DNA of 64,000 nt from Candidatus Magasanikiibacteriota bacterium (GTDB lineage: Bacteria > Patescibacteriota > Patescibacteriia > Magasanikbacterales > GWA2-37-8), in the NCBI GenBank assembly GCA_036744835.1, contig DAIOHD010000001.1, positions 464,414-528,413 on the forward strand. The letters are read 5' to 3'. Shown here in pieces: positions 48,966-57,575 of the stretch (positions within the stretch are counted from its first letter, which is position 1; each line of letters starts with the position of its first letter). A program made the translations under genes and the position numbers. The notes beneath the pieces were generated by a model. The model did no database searches. It was not told the origin of the DNA and saw nothing but the letters and a program-made list of their open reading frames with translations.

Positions 48966-49727
48966 TTATTTATTTTGTTTTTTTATTCTCTTATTACGGG
49001 CTAGTAAAAATCCCATGGTTTTGTCAAAATGTGACGGAAAAACCTCCACTGAAAAACCGTTTTCTCGCAAAATATTTTCTATAACTTTAAAATTTCTATT
49101 TTCACTTTGATGATACTCCAAAAAAATATTTTCTATTTGGGAAAAATTTTCTTTCTCCAGATTTTCAAAAATCTCATATTCCCCTCCTTCAATATCCATT
49201 TTGAGAAGGGAGATTTTTTTTATTTTATATTTCTTGATAAAATCCACCAAACTCAAACCTTTTATTTTTTGAACTTGGTCACTTATCGGTAAAAGTGAAT
49301 GATTGTGACTATCTTCACTTAAAAAAATATTGATTTCTCCTGTCTCCCTGGTCAAAGCTACATTTTCAGCTTTAATATTTTTGAAATTATTCTCGGCTAA
49401 ATTTTGTTTCAAAAAATCAAAGTTTTCTTTTACCGGTTCTAAGGCGTAAATTTTGATTTTTGAATTTAAAACTGCTGTCCAAAGAGAAAAATAACCGGCA
49501 TGTGCCCCAACATCTACTATCGCTCCATTAGAATTCTGAATAATCTCTTGTGCACTACGATATTCGCGAAATTTAAAAACCTCGTTGACAATACTCTCAT
49601 CAACGTCATCGCGCAAAATCAAATTGACTTTTTTACTATTAATAATTTGCTCTCTTTTGTGCATAACTATATTATACAGGAAATTAAACAATAAAAAAAG
49701 CCCCAAAAAGGGGCAAAAAAATATCAA
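48966..49727 (-). CDS. FkbM family methyltransferase
   Basis: VDVGAHAGYFSLW. Confidence 0.6.
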   Translation of the reverse strand: MIFFCPFLGLFLLFNFLYNIVMHKREQIINSKKVNLILRDDVDESIVNEVFKFREYRSAQEIIQNSNGAIVDVGAHAGYFSLWTAVLNSKIKIYALEPVKENFDFLKQNLAENNFKNIKAENVALTRETGEINIFLSEDSHNHSLLPISDQVQKIKGLSLVDFIKKYKIKKISLLKMDIEGGEYEIFENLEKENFSQIENIFLEYHQSENRNFKVIENILRENGFSVEVFPSHFDKTMGFLLARNKRIKKQNK

Positions 49728-50062
49728 AAATAAGCTTTGATGATCTCTTCGGGAAACACGATCTCCCCAAAGAGTTTAATCATGGTCTTGCCGAGCTCTT
49801 TGAGATTGGCAAGATTCGCAGAATTAAGCTCTCTAATCTCTTTTTCTAGAGAACTAAATTCGGCCACCATACTTTTGAAAAAACCATGATTTTCGATTTC
49901 TTGGTTGATCATTTCCCGGTACAAAACCAAACGGCGACGCAGTACTCTCATCCTCCTGACCACCCGCAATGAAGGCGTGGGTAGTAAAGAAAAGAGTTCT
50001 TCGGCCTTTTGAGAAAGTTGAAGAAGTTCTTCAAACTTCTCTTTTTCAAAATAATTGACCAT
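49724..50062 (-). CDS. hypothetical helical protein
   Basis: ORF overlapping the FkbM gene start by 4 nt (operon). Confidence 0.35.
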   Translation of the reverse strand: MVNYFEKEKFEELLQLSQKAEELFSLLPTPSLRVVRRMRVLRRRLVLYREMINQEIENHGFFKSMVAEFSSLEKEIRELNSANLANLKELGKTMIKLFGEIVFPEEIIKAYF

Positions 50063-50140
50063 GATGGATACCTCCCTAAAAATAGTAATGAACGATAATT
50101 TATAATTTTACTCTTAGAAAATTGTTTTGTCAAGATAAAC

Positions 50141-50165
50141 AAAAAAACCTTTGAAAAAGGTTTTC
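50141..50165 (-). terminator. hairpin terminator 3' of element B (copy of the tRNA-Gln terminator)
   Basis: aaaaaaaccttt-gaa-aaaggtttt. Confidence 0.55.
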
Positions 50166-50175
50166 TGTTTATAAG

Positions 50176-50318
50176 TTCCGAGGCTTGGCGCTTCGCTACT
50201 CGAAGTCGTCGGTCTTCGGCCTCCTCCTTGGAAAACCTTCGGGTTTTCCAATACCTTTCCTCCTCATAGAGAAACCTCCCGGTTTCTCCCTTCCCCAGTT
50301 CGAGTCCAAGCTCAAGAC
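50176..50318. ncRNA. tRNA-linked structured element, copy B (3' of tRNA-Gln), with its own minus-strand promoter and terminator
   Basis: Left end ttccgaggcttgg-CGCTTCGCT-ACTCGAA duplicates the tRNA-Gln 3' end with the same 9-nt insertion. Hairpin1 ttggaaaacc-TTCG-ggttttccaa; linker cctttcctcctca; hairpin2 gagaaacc-TCCC-ggtttctc; right end TTCGAGTCCAAGC. Minus-strand TTGAAA-16-TATAAT at 50320..50347. Confidence 0.6.
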
Positions 50319-50319
50319 A

Positions 50320-50347
50320 ATTATATAAACAAAAAAACCTTTTTCAA
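50320..50347 (-). promoter_or_regulatory. sigma70-like promoter (TTGAAA-16-TATAAT) oriented into element B
   Basis: Minus strand reads ccTTTGAAAaaggtttttttgtttaTATAATtgtcttgag; the -35 lies in the loop of the tRNA-Gln terminator hairpin. Confidence 0.45.
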
Positions 50348-50366
50348 AGGTTTTTTTGTTTATAAG

Positions 50367-50437
50367 TTCCGAGGCTTGGACTCGAACCAAGATAGACAGC
50401 TTCAAAGGCTGTTGTCCTACCTTTAGACGACCTCGGA
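50367..50437 (-). tRNA. tRNA-Gln (TTG)
   Basis: TCCGAGG TC GTCT AAAGGTA GGAC A ACAGC CTTTGAA GCTGT CTAT CTTGG TTCGAGT CCAAG CCTCGGA A; U1-A72; 71 nt. Confidence 0.8.
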
Positions 50438-50442
50438 ATATC

Positions 50443-51351
50443 TTAAACTTTCAGTTGTTTTCTCATTGCTAGGCCACTGCTAATAAAGGTCAACAACAGA
50501 ACACTGACAAATTGTATTCCAACCAACAAAATAATATGCGAATTATAATAATTTGTCAAGGTGAAACCATTGGAAAATACAATGGACAAATACGGATCCA
50601 ACCAATGTAACGCTAAATAAATAATACCAAAATTTACACTAACACTAAGTAAGGCAAAAATAAACGCTTCAATAATATAAGGTCCGCGAATAAACCAGGT
50701 AGAAGCTCCAACTAATCTTTTGATAGAAATTTCTATTCTTTGTGTATAAATAGCTACTCTGACAGTGTTAAAAATAATCAAAAAAGAAATAATTGCAAAA
50801 AGTGACGCCAAACCAAAACCTACTCGCTCGATACGGTTGGTAATATTTTGAATTTTTTCTATGCCCTCTTCGTTTCCTTCAAAACTTTTTGTTTCTATTA
50901 AAGCATCGTATTCCGGAACGTCTACTGCTTGTAATACTTTTTTATAATCTTCCGGTTCTCTAGTTTTTATAATCAAAGTTGGACCAAACGGATTTTCCTC
51001 TAATTCATCCAAAGCTAACAAAACCTCCGCACTTAACTTATGACGATTTTTAAAAGATTCCAAGACTTCTTCCCTAGAAACATCGGTCATTTCGGTAATT
51101 TCCGGCAACATGGTTAAATATTTTTTTATCTCTTCCAAATTTTTATCCGTAGTTTCAGCTTTAAAATACAGAGAAATATTAATCTGTTCTTTTACCAAAC
51201 CGGTAGCTTGTTTAGTCAAAATATCAACACTCCATAAAATATTTACCGATAAAAGCATGAGAACCAAAATAAAAACCGTCATGGAAGAAAGTCCAAAATT
51301 TCTTCCTAGGTCTTGTAAAGCATATTTTATTACTCGATAAATAGAATGCAT
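50443..51351 (-). CDS. ftsX: cell division permease-like protein FtsX
   Basis: Four TM with a large extracytoplasmic loop; immediately downstream of ftsE. Confidence 0.7.
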   Translation of the reverse strand: MHSIYRVIKYALQDLGRNFGLSSMTVFILVLMLLSVNILWSVDILTKQATGLVKEQINISLYFKAETTDKNLEEIKKYLTMLPEITEMTDVSREEVLESFKNRHKLSAEVLLALDELEENPFGPTLIIKTREPEDYKKVLQAVDVPEYDALIETKSFEGNEEGIEKIQNITNRIERVGFGLASLFAIISFLIIFNTVRVAIYTQRIEISIKRLVGASTWFIRGPYIIEAFIFALLSVSVNFGIIYLALHWLDPYLSIVFSNGFTLTNYYNSHIILLVGIQFVSVLLLTFISSGLAMRKQLKV

Positions 51352-51353
51352 AT

Positions 51354-52034
51354 TTATAAACGATATTTTCCGGTTAATTCATCACTTACTATTTCTCCAC
51401 CTCTTAAAGTAATAACTCGACGACGTAATTCATTCACTATTTCTCGATTGTGTGTAGCCAACAAAATAGTAGTGCCGAATTCATTGATTTTTTTAAGAAT
51501 TTCTATAATTTCAACGGTATTCAAAGAGTCTAAATTACCGGTCGGTTCATCGGCAATAATAATTTTTGGCCTGTGCACCAAAGATCTGGCTATCGCCACT
51601 CTTTGTTGTTCACCTCCAGATAATTGCCTTGGATAACGATCTGTTTTATTTCCTAAACCAACTATGTCCAAAACTTGAGGTACAATTTTTTTTATTCGAT
51701 AACTTTTTTCTCCAGCTACTTCTAAAGCAAAAGAAACGTTTTCAAAAACCGTTTTCTTCGGTAAAAGTTTAAAATCTTGAAAAATAACTCCTATCTGACG
51801 TCGCAGATAAGGAATTTCAGAACTGGAGATTTTGGTAATATCCCAATCACCTATTGTTATCTTGCCTTTGGTGGGTTTTTCTTCGGCTATCAACAATCTT
51901 ACCAAAGTTGTTTTTCCCGTTCCACTTTGTCCAACAATTGAAACAAATTCGCCCGCCTCTATATGCAAAGAGATGTTACGTAAACCAACCGATTCGGTTG
52001 AATAAATTTTGGTAACTCCATCAAGTTTAATCAT
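51354..52034 (-). CDS. ftsE: cell division ATP-binding protein FtsE
   Basis: MIKLDGVTKIY start, GQSGTGKTT, LSGGEQQRVAIAR. The ORF-track start 52055 is probably too long. Confidence 0.85.
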   Translation of the reverse strand: MIKLDGVTKIYSTESVGLRNISLHIEAGEFVSIVGQSGTGKTTLVRLLIAEEKPTKGKITIGDWDITKISSSEIPYLRRQIGVIFQDFKLLPKKTVFENVSFALEVAGEKSYRIKKIVPQVLDIVGLGNKTDRYPRQLSGGEQQRVAIARSLVHRPKIIIADEPTGNLDSLNTVEIIEILKKINEFGTTILLATHNREIVNELRRRVITLRGGEIVSDELTGKYRL

Positions 52035-52189
52035 AGTGATATTATTATAACACAAAAAAAATAAACGAGCTAATCCCGCTTATTGTGGACAAAATTTTAT
52101 TTAAACCATCGTTTAGCCCGTCATCACTTGAACCCTCTATCAGAATCATCAAACTGATGTTTGTGGTTTACCTGCCCGACATGCCTTTG

Positions 52190-52262
52190 AGCCATCTCGG
52201 GGATTCGAACCCCGGACCTACGGTTTACGATACCGTTGCTCTACCAACTGAGCTAAGATGGC
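52190..52262 (-). tRNA. tRNA-Thr (CGT)
   Basis: GCCATCT TA GCTC AGTTGGTA GAGC A ACGGT ATCGTAA ACCGT AGGTC CGGGG TTCGAAT CCCCG AGATGGC T. Confidence 0.8.
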
Positions 52263-52291
52263 GTGTCTTTGGCGGGCGGGCGCGATACCAT

Positions 52292-52316
52292 CGTTCTACC
52301 ACTGAACTAAAGGGGC
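52292..52316 (-). pseudogene. truncated tRNA 5' fragment (acceptor plus D-arm only)
   Basis: GCCCCTT TA GTTC AGTGGTA GAAC G, then no anticodon or T arm; followed by GC-rich filler and then tRNA-Thr. Confidence 0.35.
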
Positions 52317-52384
52317 TTAGGCAAAGGCGGGTAGGTCTAATCTGAGCGGGATAGGAATCTCACTGCTCGTCCGCCTTAAACGGA

Positions 52385-52465
52385 CTGCGCTTTGAGAAAC
52401 CTTCGGGTTTCTCAAGAACTCTTCCTCCTCAAGAGAAAACTCCTGTTTTCTCCCTTTCCCTTCAT
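52385..52465. ncRNA. tRNA-linked structured element, copy C (core only; directly 3' of tRNA-Gly)
   Basis: Hairpin1 ttgagaaacc-TTCG-ggtttctcaa; linker ctcttcctcctca; hairpin2 gagaaaac-TCCT-gttttctc; cctttccc. Lacks the tRNA-derived end pieces. Confidence 0.5.
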
Positions 52466-52492
52466 CCTTGCTTGCCCGCCAGGCTTCGTCTG

Positions 52493-52563
52493 AGCGAGTA
52501 ACGAGAATCGAACTCGCGTCTCATGCTTGGGAAGCATGCATACTACCATTGTACTACACTCGC
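52493..52563 (-). tRNA. tRNA-Gly (CCC)
   Basis: GCGAGTG TA GTAC AATGGTA GTAT G CATGC TTCCCAA GCATG AGAC GCGAG TTCGATT CTCGT TACTCGC T. Confidence 0.75.
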
Positions 52564-52590
52564 GCAAACGAAGCCGGCGGGAGAAGGATA

Positions 52591-52615
52591 CATACTACCG
52601 ATGTACTAATCCCGC
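52591..52615 (-). pseudogene. second truncated tRNA 5' fragment, just upstream of tRNA-Gly
   Basis: GCGGGAT TA GTAC ATCGGTA GTAT G (D-arm near-identical to tRNA-Gly), then TATCCTTCTCCCGCCGG with no anticodon stem. Confidence 0.35.
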
Positions 52616-52620
52616 ATTAA

Positions 52621-52651
52621 AACCCGCCTTATTTAAGGGCGGGATGTTTTT
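52621..52651. terminator. bidirectional terminator hairpin
   Basis: aacccgcc-ttatttaag-ggcggg-atgttttt. Confidence 0.65.
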
Positions 52652-52653
52652 AT

Positions 52654-53715
52654 TTATTCTGTAACAATTGGGACTGTTTGATTATTATCGAAAGGATTGT
52701 GAATTTTAGAATAAAATTTTATCTCCACATTTTTTAAATAAGCATTCATATACTTTTCAAAAGTTGGAAGCATGAAAAGGATATGACTGGCATTAACAGA
52801 AGTTTGATTAATCCATTTATCTGTTTCATCTTTTACTCTTTCGTTTTTTATATCATTTACTTTTACAATATGATAACCAAATTCGGTTTCCACTAAATTT
52901 TCCGAAAGCTCTCCTTTTTTTAAAGCAAAGACCGCTTCTTCAAATTGAGGCACCATTTCTCCCTTGGTAAACCAACCCAATTCACCACCTGTTTGAGCCG
53001 TACCATCTTCTCCGTAGGTCATAGCCATTTCTTCAAAATTAGCTCCGTTTTTAATTTGATTCAAAACAGCTTCGGCATTATTTCTTACTTCTTCTATAGA
53101 TTCTTTATCAGTTTGTATTTTTTCATTTACTTTATTTTGAAGGACAAAAGGCCTGATAACTTTTTCTTCATAAGCTTTCATGTTCCAACCATATCTTTTG
53201 ATAAGTTCTTTTTCTAAAACATCCGCCGATTCAAACTGCTCCAAAACCTGATTCTTCAACTCTTCTACATCTTTTTTTTCAACTTTTATTTCCATTTTTT
53301 TAGCAATCTGAGAAACCATCACGTTATTGACTAAACGCCAAACAACTTGATCAGACATTTGCTCCTCGGATAACTCCATCGCTGTCCCATTGGCTTCTTC
53401 TTCATAGGCTTTCATAATTTTAATAGCTTTCATATCATCAAGATAATTGGTATAAGATACTTTCTGTCCATCTACTGATAATAAGGATAAGTGTAAAGCT
53501 TTGGCTATAAAATAAGAAAAGCCGTCCATAGCCCCTGAACGAACACGCACGATTCCCCAAACACTTCCCAAAGTTAAAATAACTGCCAAAAAACCAACAA
53601 TACTGTATAAAAATAATTTTTTATTTTTATCAACTGTTGTAACTACTGGCAAAATCTCCTTGACCTCTTGGTCTAAAACCTCTTGTTGTTCTTTATTTAA
53701 TGGTAAATTTTCCAT
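52654..53715 (-). CDS. membrane-anchored parvulin-type peptidyl-prolyl isomerase (PrsA/SurA-like)
   Basis: GELGWFTKGEMVPQFEEAVFALKKGELS...FGYHIVKV. Confidence 0.7.
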   Translation of the reverse strand: MENLPLNKEQQEVLDQEVKEILPVVTTVDKNKKLFLYSIVGFLAVILTLGSVWGIVRVRSGAMDGFSYFIAKALHLSLLSVDGQKVSYTNYLDDMKAIKIMKAYEEEANGTAMELSEEQMSDQVVWRLVNNVMVSQIAKKMEIKVEKKDVEELKNQVLEQFESADVLEKELIKRYGWNMKAYEEKVIRPFVLQNKVNEKIQTDKESIEEVRNNAEAVLNQIKNGANFEEMAMTYGEDGTAQTGGELGWFTKGEMVPQFEEAVFALKKGELSENLVETEFGYHIVKVNDIKNERVKDETDKWINQTSVNASHILFMLPTFEKYMNAYLKNVEIKFYSKIHNPFDNNQTVPIVTE

Positions 53716-53723
53716 ATTTTTTA

Positions 53724-54119
53724 TTAATTATGGTTGAAAAAATAATTCCACCATTTTTTATAATTAGGCAAGTTTAATTTTATCATATCTTTTATAGCTT
53801 GTCCACTCCCAGTTGTACTACTAATTTCTTTGATTATAGCCACTTGTTCTCCGGGCTTAACTAGATTCATTTCTAAACGAGCTGTTTTTTCCATATGCTC
53901 TTCCGATCTAAAATATTCAAGCCAGCTTAATGATTCTATTTTTTTTGCTTCCAAAGCTTCAGCTTGTTTTTTAAGACTTTCTATTTCTTTTTTAATTTGG
54001 TAATCCTGATAATAAACTCGTAAAAACATTATCAAAAAAACAGAAAAAATAGCCGTCATTAGAAGTAAAAACCAGCAAGAATTAAAAAATTTTTTAATTG
54101 TTTTGTTATCTTGGGGCAT
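53724..54119 (-). CDS. FtsB/DivIC-like septum formation initiator (bitopic coiled-coil)
   Basis: TM then YYQDYQIKKEIESLKKQAEALEAKKIESL. Start moved to the internal MPQDNK to avoid overlap. Confidence 0.4.
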   Translation of the reverse strand: MPQDNKTIKKFFNSCWFLLLMTAIFSVFLIMFLRVYYQDYQIKKEIESLKKQAEALEAKKIESLSWLEYFRSEEHMEKTARLEMNLVKPGEQVAIIKEISSTTGSGQAIKDMIKLNLPNYKKWWNYFFNHN

Positions 54120-54123
54120 TTTT

Positions 54124-54747
54124 TTATTTATCTTCTCTACCGGAGAGTATATCTGCAAGATAATCTTTGATTTCAAGCAAATCTTTTGTTGCCATCAAAG
54201 AAATATTATTAATAAATAAATCAATAATTTCATCCACATTTAAATCCTTTTCTTTTAACCAAAAATTATTTTTAATTTTATTTATCGTATGAAAAGCATT
54301 TTCCGGATGACTGATCCTTGATAAAAATAACAATTCTTGACGCTGGTTGTTTTCCAATGATAAATTTCCAAGATTTAATAAATTGGCCAAAAATCCTTTT
54401 TTTGAAAGAAGTATATTTTGCACTTCATAAATATTTACATTTATCATCTCTTCATTGAAAAAACCTTGACTCTTAAAGTTAACAATTCTCTGGTCAGTCA
54501 AAACACTAAAATTTTTTAATCTTGTTATAAAAATCTTTGATATTAAAAGTAATCCGATAAAAATAGAAAGACCGAAAGCCAACATCCCAAATGTCCCTTG
54601 GTCAAAAAGAAAAAAAGAAAAATAAGATGGAACTAAAATAAAAAAAAGGGCTAGAAAAATTAAAAAAAATTGAGACCACCAACTAGGATAGAACAAATAA
54701 ATTATTTTTTCATCTTTTTCCAAATTTATTTTTTTTTCTAAAGACAT
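54124..54747 (-). CDS. two-TM bacterial PH-domain (bPH_2/YdbS-like) protein
   Basis: Two TM followed by DQRIVNFKSQGFFNEEMINVNIYEVQNI. Confidence 0.4.
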   Translation of the reverse strand: MSLEKKINLEKDEKIIYLFYPSWWSQFFLIFLALFFILVPSYFSFFLFDQGTFGMLAFGLSIFIGLLLISKIFITRLKNFSVLTDQRIVNFKSQGFFNEEMINVNIYEVQNILLSKKGFLANLLNLGNLSLENNQRQELLFLSRISHPENAFHTINKIKNNFWLKEKDLNVDEIIDLFINNISLMATKDLLEIKDYLADILSGREDK

Positions 54748-54776
54748 AATTAAAATTTGGGATTAAAAATTGCAAA

Positions 54777-56063
54777 TTACAGGGTTTTTAAAATTTTACG
54801 AGTAATTTCTCTATCGTCCCAAGGTATTTTTTTACCACCAGCAACAACTATACAGGGTTCAGTTCCTTTGGCAGTTATCGCTACTATATCTCCCTTTTGA
54901 GCCAAACTTACAGCTTTTTTTATCGCTTGTTCTCGATCTATTATAACAAATAAATCTTCTTCGTCTTTTTTTCCAGACATTCTAGATCCTCTTGCTAACA
55001 TTTCCGCAATTTCTTTCGGATCTTCATCAAAACAGTTTACGTCTGTTACGATCACAAAATCACATAATTTTCCGGCAATTTCCCCCATTCTTTCTCTTTT
55101 ATTTTTATCCCTTCCCCCACCATCACTGCCAATAACGGCAATAATTTTATTTTGAACAACCATTGTTCTCAGGTTTTCAAACAAAGCGTTTAAACTCATA
55201 CTTTCATGAGCATAATCTACGATTACTTTGAATTTTTGTCCTTCATCTATAAATTCCATTCTTCCTTCCACTTTTTGCACTTGAGAAATACCTAAAGCTA
55301 TTTTTTCTTCTGTCAAACCTACAGCTTTGCCAACTGCAATAGCAGCTAAAGCATTGTAAACATTAAAAACACCGGATAAATTTAATTCGTATTTAAAATT
55401 ATCAACTTCAAATATATTTTTTGTATTATTTGATAATAATCTAGCACAAATAAAATTTTCTTTTCCAGTTATATACTGATCTTTATAACCAAAAACCAAT
55501 TTTTTATCCGCTGAAAAATCAAAAAAATATTTTGCATTTTCGTCATCAGAATTAACAATAATCGTTTTTTCTATTTTTTCATTATTAATTTCTTTTCTTT
55601 TATCTTTTTTTAAACCAGCAAAAATTTTTCCTTTATCTTTACGCAAATTTTCAAAACCGCCATGGCGTTCTTGGTGCTCTGTGCCTAAATTGGTAAAAAC
55701 GCAAATATCGTAATGCAACCCAAAATGTCTATACTGTAATATGCCTTCAGAAGATGTTTCAATTACTGCAAAATGACAACCATTATACACCATTTTTTTC
55801 ATCATTTTTTGAATTTCCCCTCGTCCTAACATAGTCATTTTTTTATCATTTAACCAGCGCTTATCACCATCTTGAAATTCAACCGTCGACATCAAACCGA
55901 CTTTTTTACCGGTTTGCTCCAGCACAGATGCGATCAAACGACAAGTTGTCGATTTTCCTTTGGTGCCAGTCACCCCGATAACAACTAATTTTCTAGACGG
56001 TCGACCATAAAACCAATAAAAAAAACAGGCTACTAAAAAATGATAAAACTTTTTTAAAAACAT
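54777..56063 (-). CDS. Mur ligase family protein (MurE-like)
   Basis: VIGVTGTKGKSTT P-loop; Mur ligase middle and C-terminal domains. Confidence 0.6.
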   Translation of the reverse strand: MFLKKFYHFLVACFFYWFYGRPSRKLVVIGVTGTKGKSTTCRLIASVLEQTGKKVGLMSTVEFQDGDKRWLNDKKMTMLGRGEIQKMMKKMVYNGCHFAVIETSSEGILQYRHFGLHYDICVFTNLGTEHQERHGGFENLRKDKGKIFAGLKKDKRKEINNEKIEKTIIVNSDDENAKYFFDFSADKKLVFGYKDQYITGKENFICARLLSNNTKNIFEVDNFKYELNLSGVFNVYNALAAIAVGKAVGLTEEKIALGISQVQKVEGRMEFIDEGQKFKVIVDYAHESMSLNALFENLRTMVVQNKIIAVIGSDGGGRDKNKRERMGEIAGKLCDFVIVTDVNCFDEDPKEIAEMLARGSRMSGKKDEEDLFVIIDREQAIKKAVSLAQKGDIVAITAKGTEPCIVVAGGKKIPWDDREITRKILKTL

Positions 56064-56065
56064 AA

Positions 56066-56641
56066 TTATTCAAATTTTAAACTAACTTCATAAACCACCT
56101 GTTGTAATTTATTAAGCGCTTGTTTAGCCTGGTCAAATTTTTGACGATTATAACCAGTTAAGTTCATATCTACTAATTCATTGATTATCTCTTCCGCTAT
56201 TTTATAACAACGCCTAACTTCGGAAATATTTCTCTCAGTAGCCGATTTTATGGCAAATCTCAATATTTCACCAGGAACATCACACAAACCACCGATATAA
56301 ATATCGGAATCTATTTTTAAATCTTTAATTTTAGTTATATTTTTACTTTCCACAAAAGACAAAAAAAGTTCAGCTTCTACATATTCTTCCAAGGCAGCTT
56401 TAAAAGATCCTTCATCAAATAGATCAGCGGTAGTTTTATACTTTCTACTTAAATTTGTAAGTATTTTTTTAGCTTCAATTAAAGAATTTTTAGCTTCAAT
56501 TATATTTCCTCCCTGGAGAGAAAAAATGGTTTTTTTAGCCAAAAATTGAGCGTCGCCGGCAAATTTTATTACCTCTCGTCTCTTTTGTGCATAATTTAAA
56601 AGCTCTTTTCTAACTGTTCGAAAAAATTTTTTATCCAACAT
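56066..56641 (-). CDS. hypothetical helical protein
   Basis: ORF only. Confidence 0.3.
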   Translation of the reverse strand: MLDKKFFRTVRKELLNYAQKRREVIKFAGDAQFLAKKTIFSLQGGNIIEAKNSLIEAKKILTNLSRKYKTTADLFDEGSFKAALEEYVEAELFLSFVESKNITKIKDLKIDSDIYIGGLCDVPGEILRFAIKSATERNISEVRRCYKIAEEIINELVDMNLTGYNRQKFDQAKQALNKLQQVVYEVSLKFE

Positions 56642-56799
56642 ATAATATAGTAGAAATTAACTTATCCACTGTTTTTTAAATCAGGGACTTGATTTTTTTA
56701 TAAATTTAGTATATCATAATGAACGTTATTTTGTCTAATCCAAGCCAAAGACAAAATGGCGTAACTTTGCCAATAAAGGCAGAAATAATGGGCCGGTAG

Positions 56800-57080
56800 C
56801 CCCTCACCTATACCTTTATGTTTTACGTTTATCTTATAAAAAGTAAAATAGATGAGAGCACCTACATTGGCTATACAAACGATCTAAAAAGACGCTTGGT
56901 TGAACACAACAAAAGACTGAATAAGTCTACCAAGAACAAAGCGCCTTTTGAGCTCGTTTATTACGAAGCTTATAAAGAAATGGCTGACGCAAAACATAGA
57001 GAATTTAATTTAAAACGTTTTGCCAAAGCTTATCAACAGTTAAAACTACGCCTTAAGGACAGCCTAAAGGCATAGGTGAG

Positions 57081-57083
<3 letters not shown>
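56800..57083 (+). mobile_element. GIY-YIG gene cassette bounded by 12-bp perfect inverted repeats, inserted at the 5' end of tRNA-Lys with an 11-bp duplication of the tRNA 5' end
   Basis: IR-L cccctcacctat (56800..56811), IR-R ataggtgagggg (57072..57083). Direct repeat GGGCCGGTAGC at 56790..56800 and at 57081..57091, the latter being tRNA-Lys nt 1-11. Confidence 0.5.
56818..57075 (+). CDS. GIY-YIG nuclease superfamily protein (UPF0213/YhbQ-like, 85 aa)
   Basis: MFYVYLIKSKIDESTYIGYTNDLKRRLVEHNK; the stop codon lies inside IR-R. Confidence 0.8.
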   Translation: MFYVYLIKSKIDESTYIGYTNDLKRRLVEHNKRLNKSTKNKAPFELVYYEAYKEMADAKHREFNLKRFAKAYQQLKLRLKDSLKA

Positions 57084-57153
<70 letters not shown>

Positions 57154-57254
57154 CAAATCACATTATCTAAAATACAAGATAGTGTTGTTTTATAGGAAAA
57201 TAACAATTTCACCGGGATATTTTTATAAAGCTCATTAAAAAAACAGGAGGAAAA

Positions 57255-57503
57255 ATGTGCAATCTGCAAGTAGAGATCGCGAAGAAAAAGAAAAAACTTC
57301 GCGGAATCAAAAACGAAATTGCTAAGACGGGAAAAAGTCTTGACAGAGAGACGAATCAAAAAGGAGAGTTGGATCTGGAAAAAATTCAAGAGATCACAAC
57401 CAAACTCCACCAACTGACTGAAAAATCAGACAGATTGGAAGCGGATATCACTGAGATGGAAAACAACAGATCAGACAATCAACCGGAATTGTCTCCCGCT
57501 TAA
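57255..57503 (+). CDS. small coiled-coil hypothetical protein
   Basis: AGGAGG 5 nt before the ATG; intrinsic terminator follows. Confidence 0.45.
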   Translation: MCNLQVEIAKKKKKLRGIKNEIAKTGKSLDRETNQKGELDLEKIQEITTKLHQLTEKSDRLEADITEMENNRSDNQPELSPA

Positions 57504-57509
57504 ATTCCT

Positions 57510-57537
57510 AACCCGCTTGTTCAAGGCGGGTTTTTTA
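57510..57537 (+). terminator. rho-independent terminator
   Basis: acccgc-ttgttcaag-gcgggt-ttttt. Confidence 0.7.
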
Positions 57538-57538
57538 A

Positions 57539-57566
57539 TTGCCAAATCTGATTTTTTTGCTATAAT
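57539..57566 (+). promoter_or_regulatory. sigma70 promoter TTGCCA-16-TATAAT; GTG start 10 nt after the -10 (leaderless or near-leaderless)
   Basis: TTGCCAaatctgatttttttgcTATAATgaatccattGTG. Confidence 0.55.
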
Positions 57567-57575
57567 GAATCCATT

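Noticed and set aside
50176-50318. Elements as group I introns or intron-containing tRNAs
   Set aside because: The adjacent tRNAs are complete and uninterrupted. The elements are about 140 nt, too short for a group I core, and lie outside the tRNA body.
52085-52345. 86-aa plus-strand ORF
   Set aside because: It lies entirely over the minus-strand tRNA-Thr and the tRNA fragment.
52263-52345. A second complete tRNA upstream of tRNA-Thr
   Set aside because: Only the acceptor 5' strand and D-arm fold. No anticodon stem or T-arm can be formed (GCCCCTTTAGTTCAGTGGTAGAACG followed by ATGGTATCGCGCCCGCCCGCC). It is called a truncated fragment instead.
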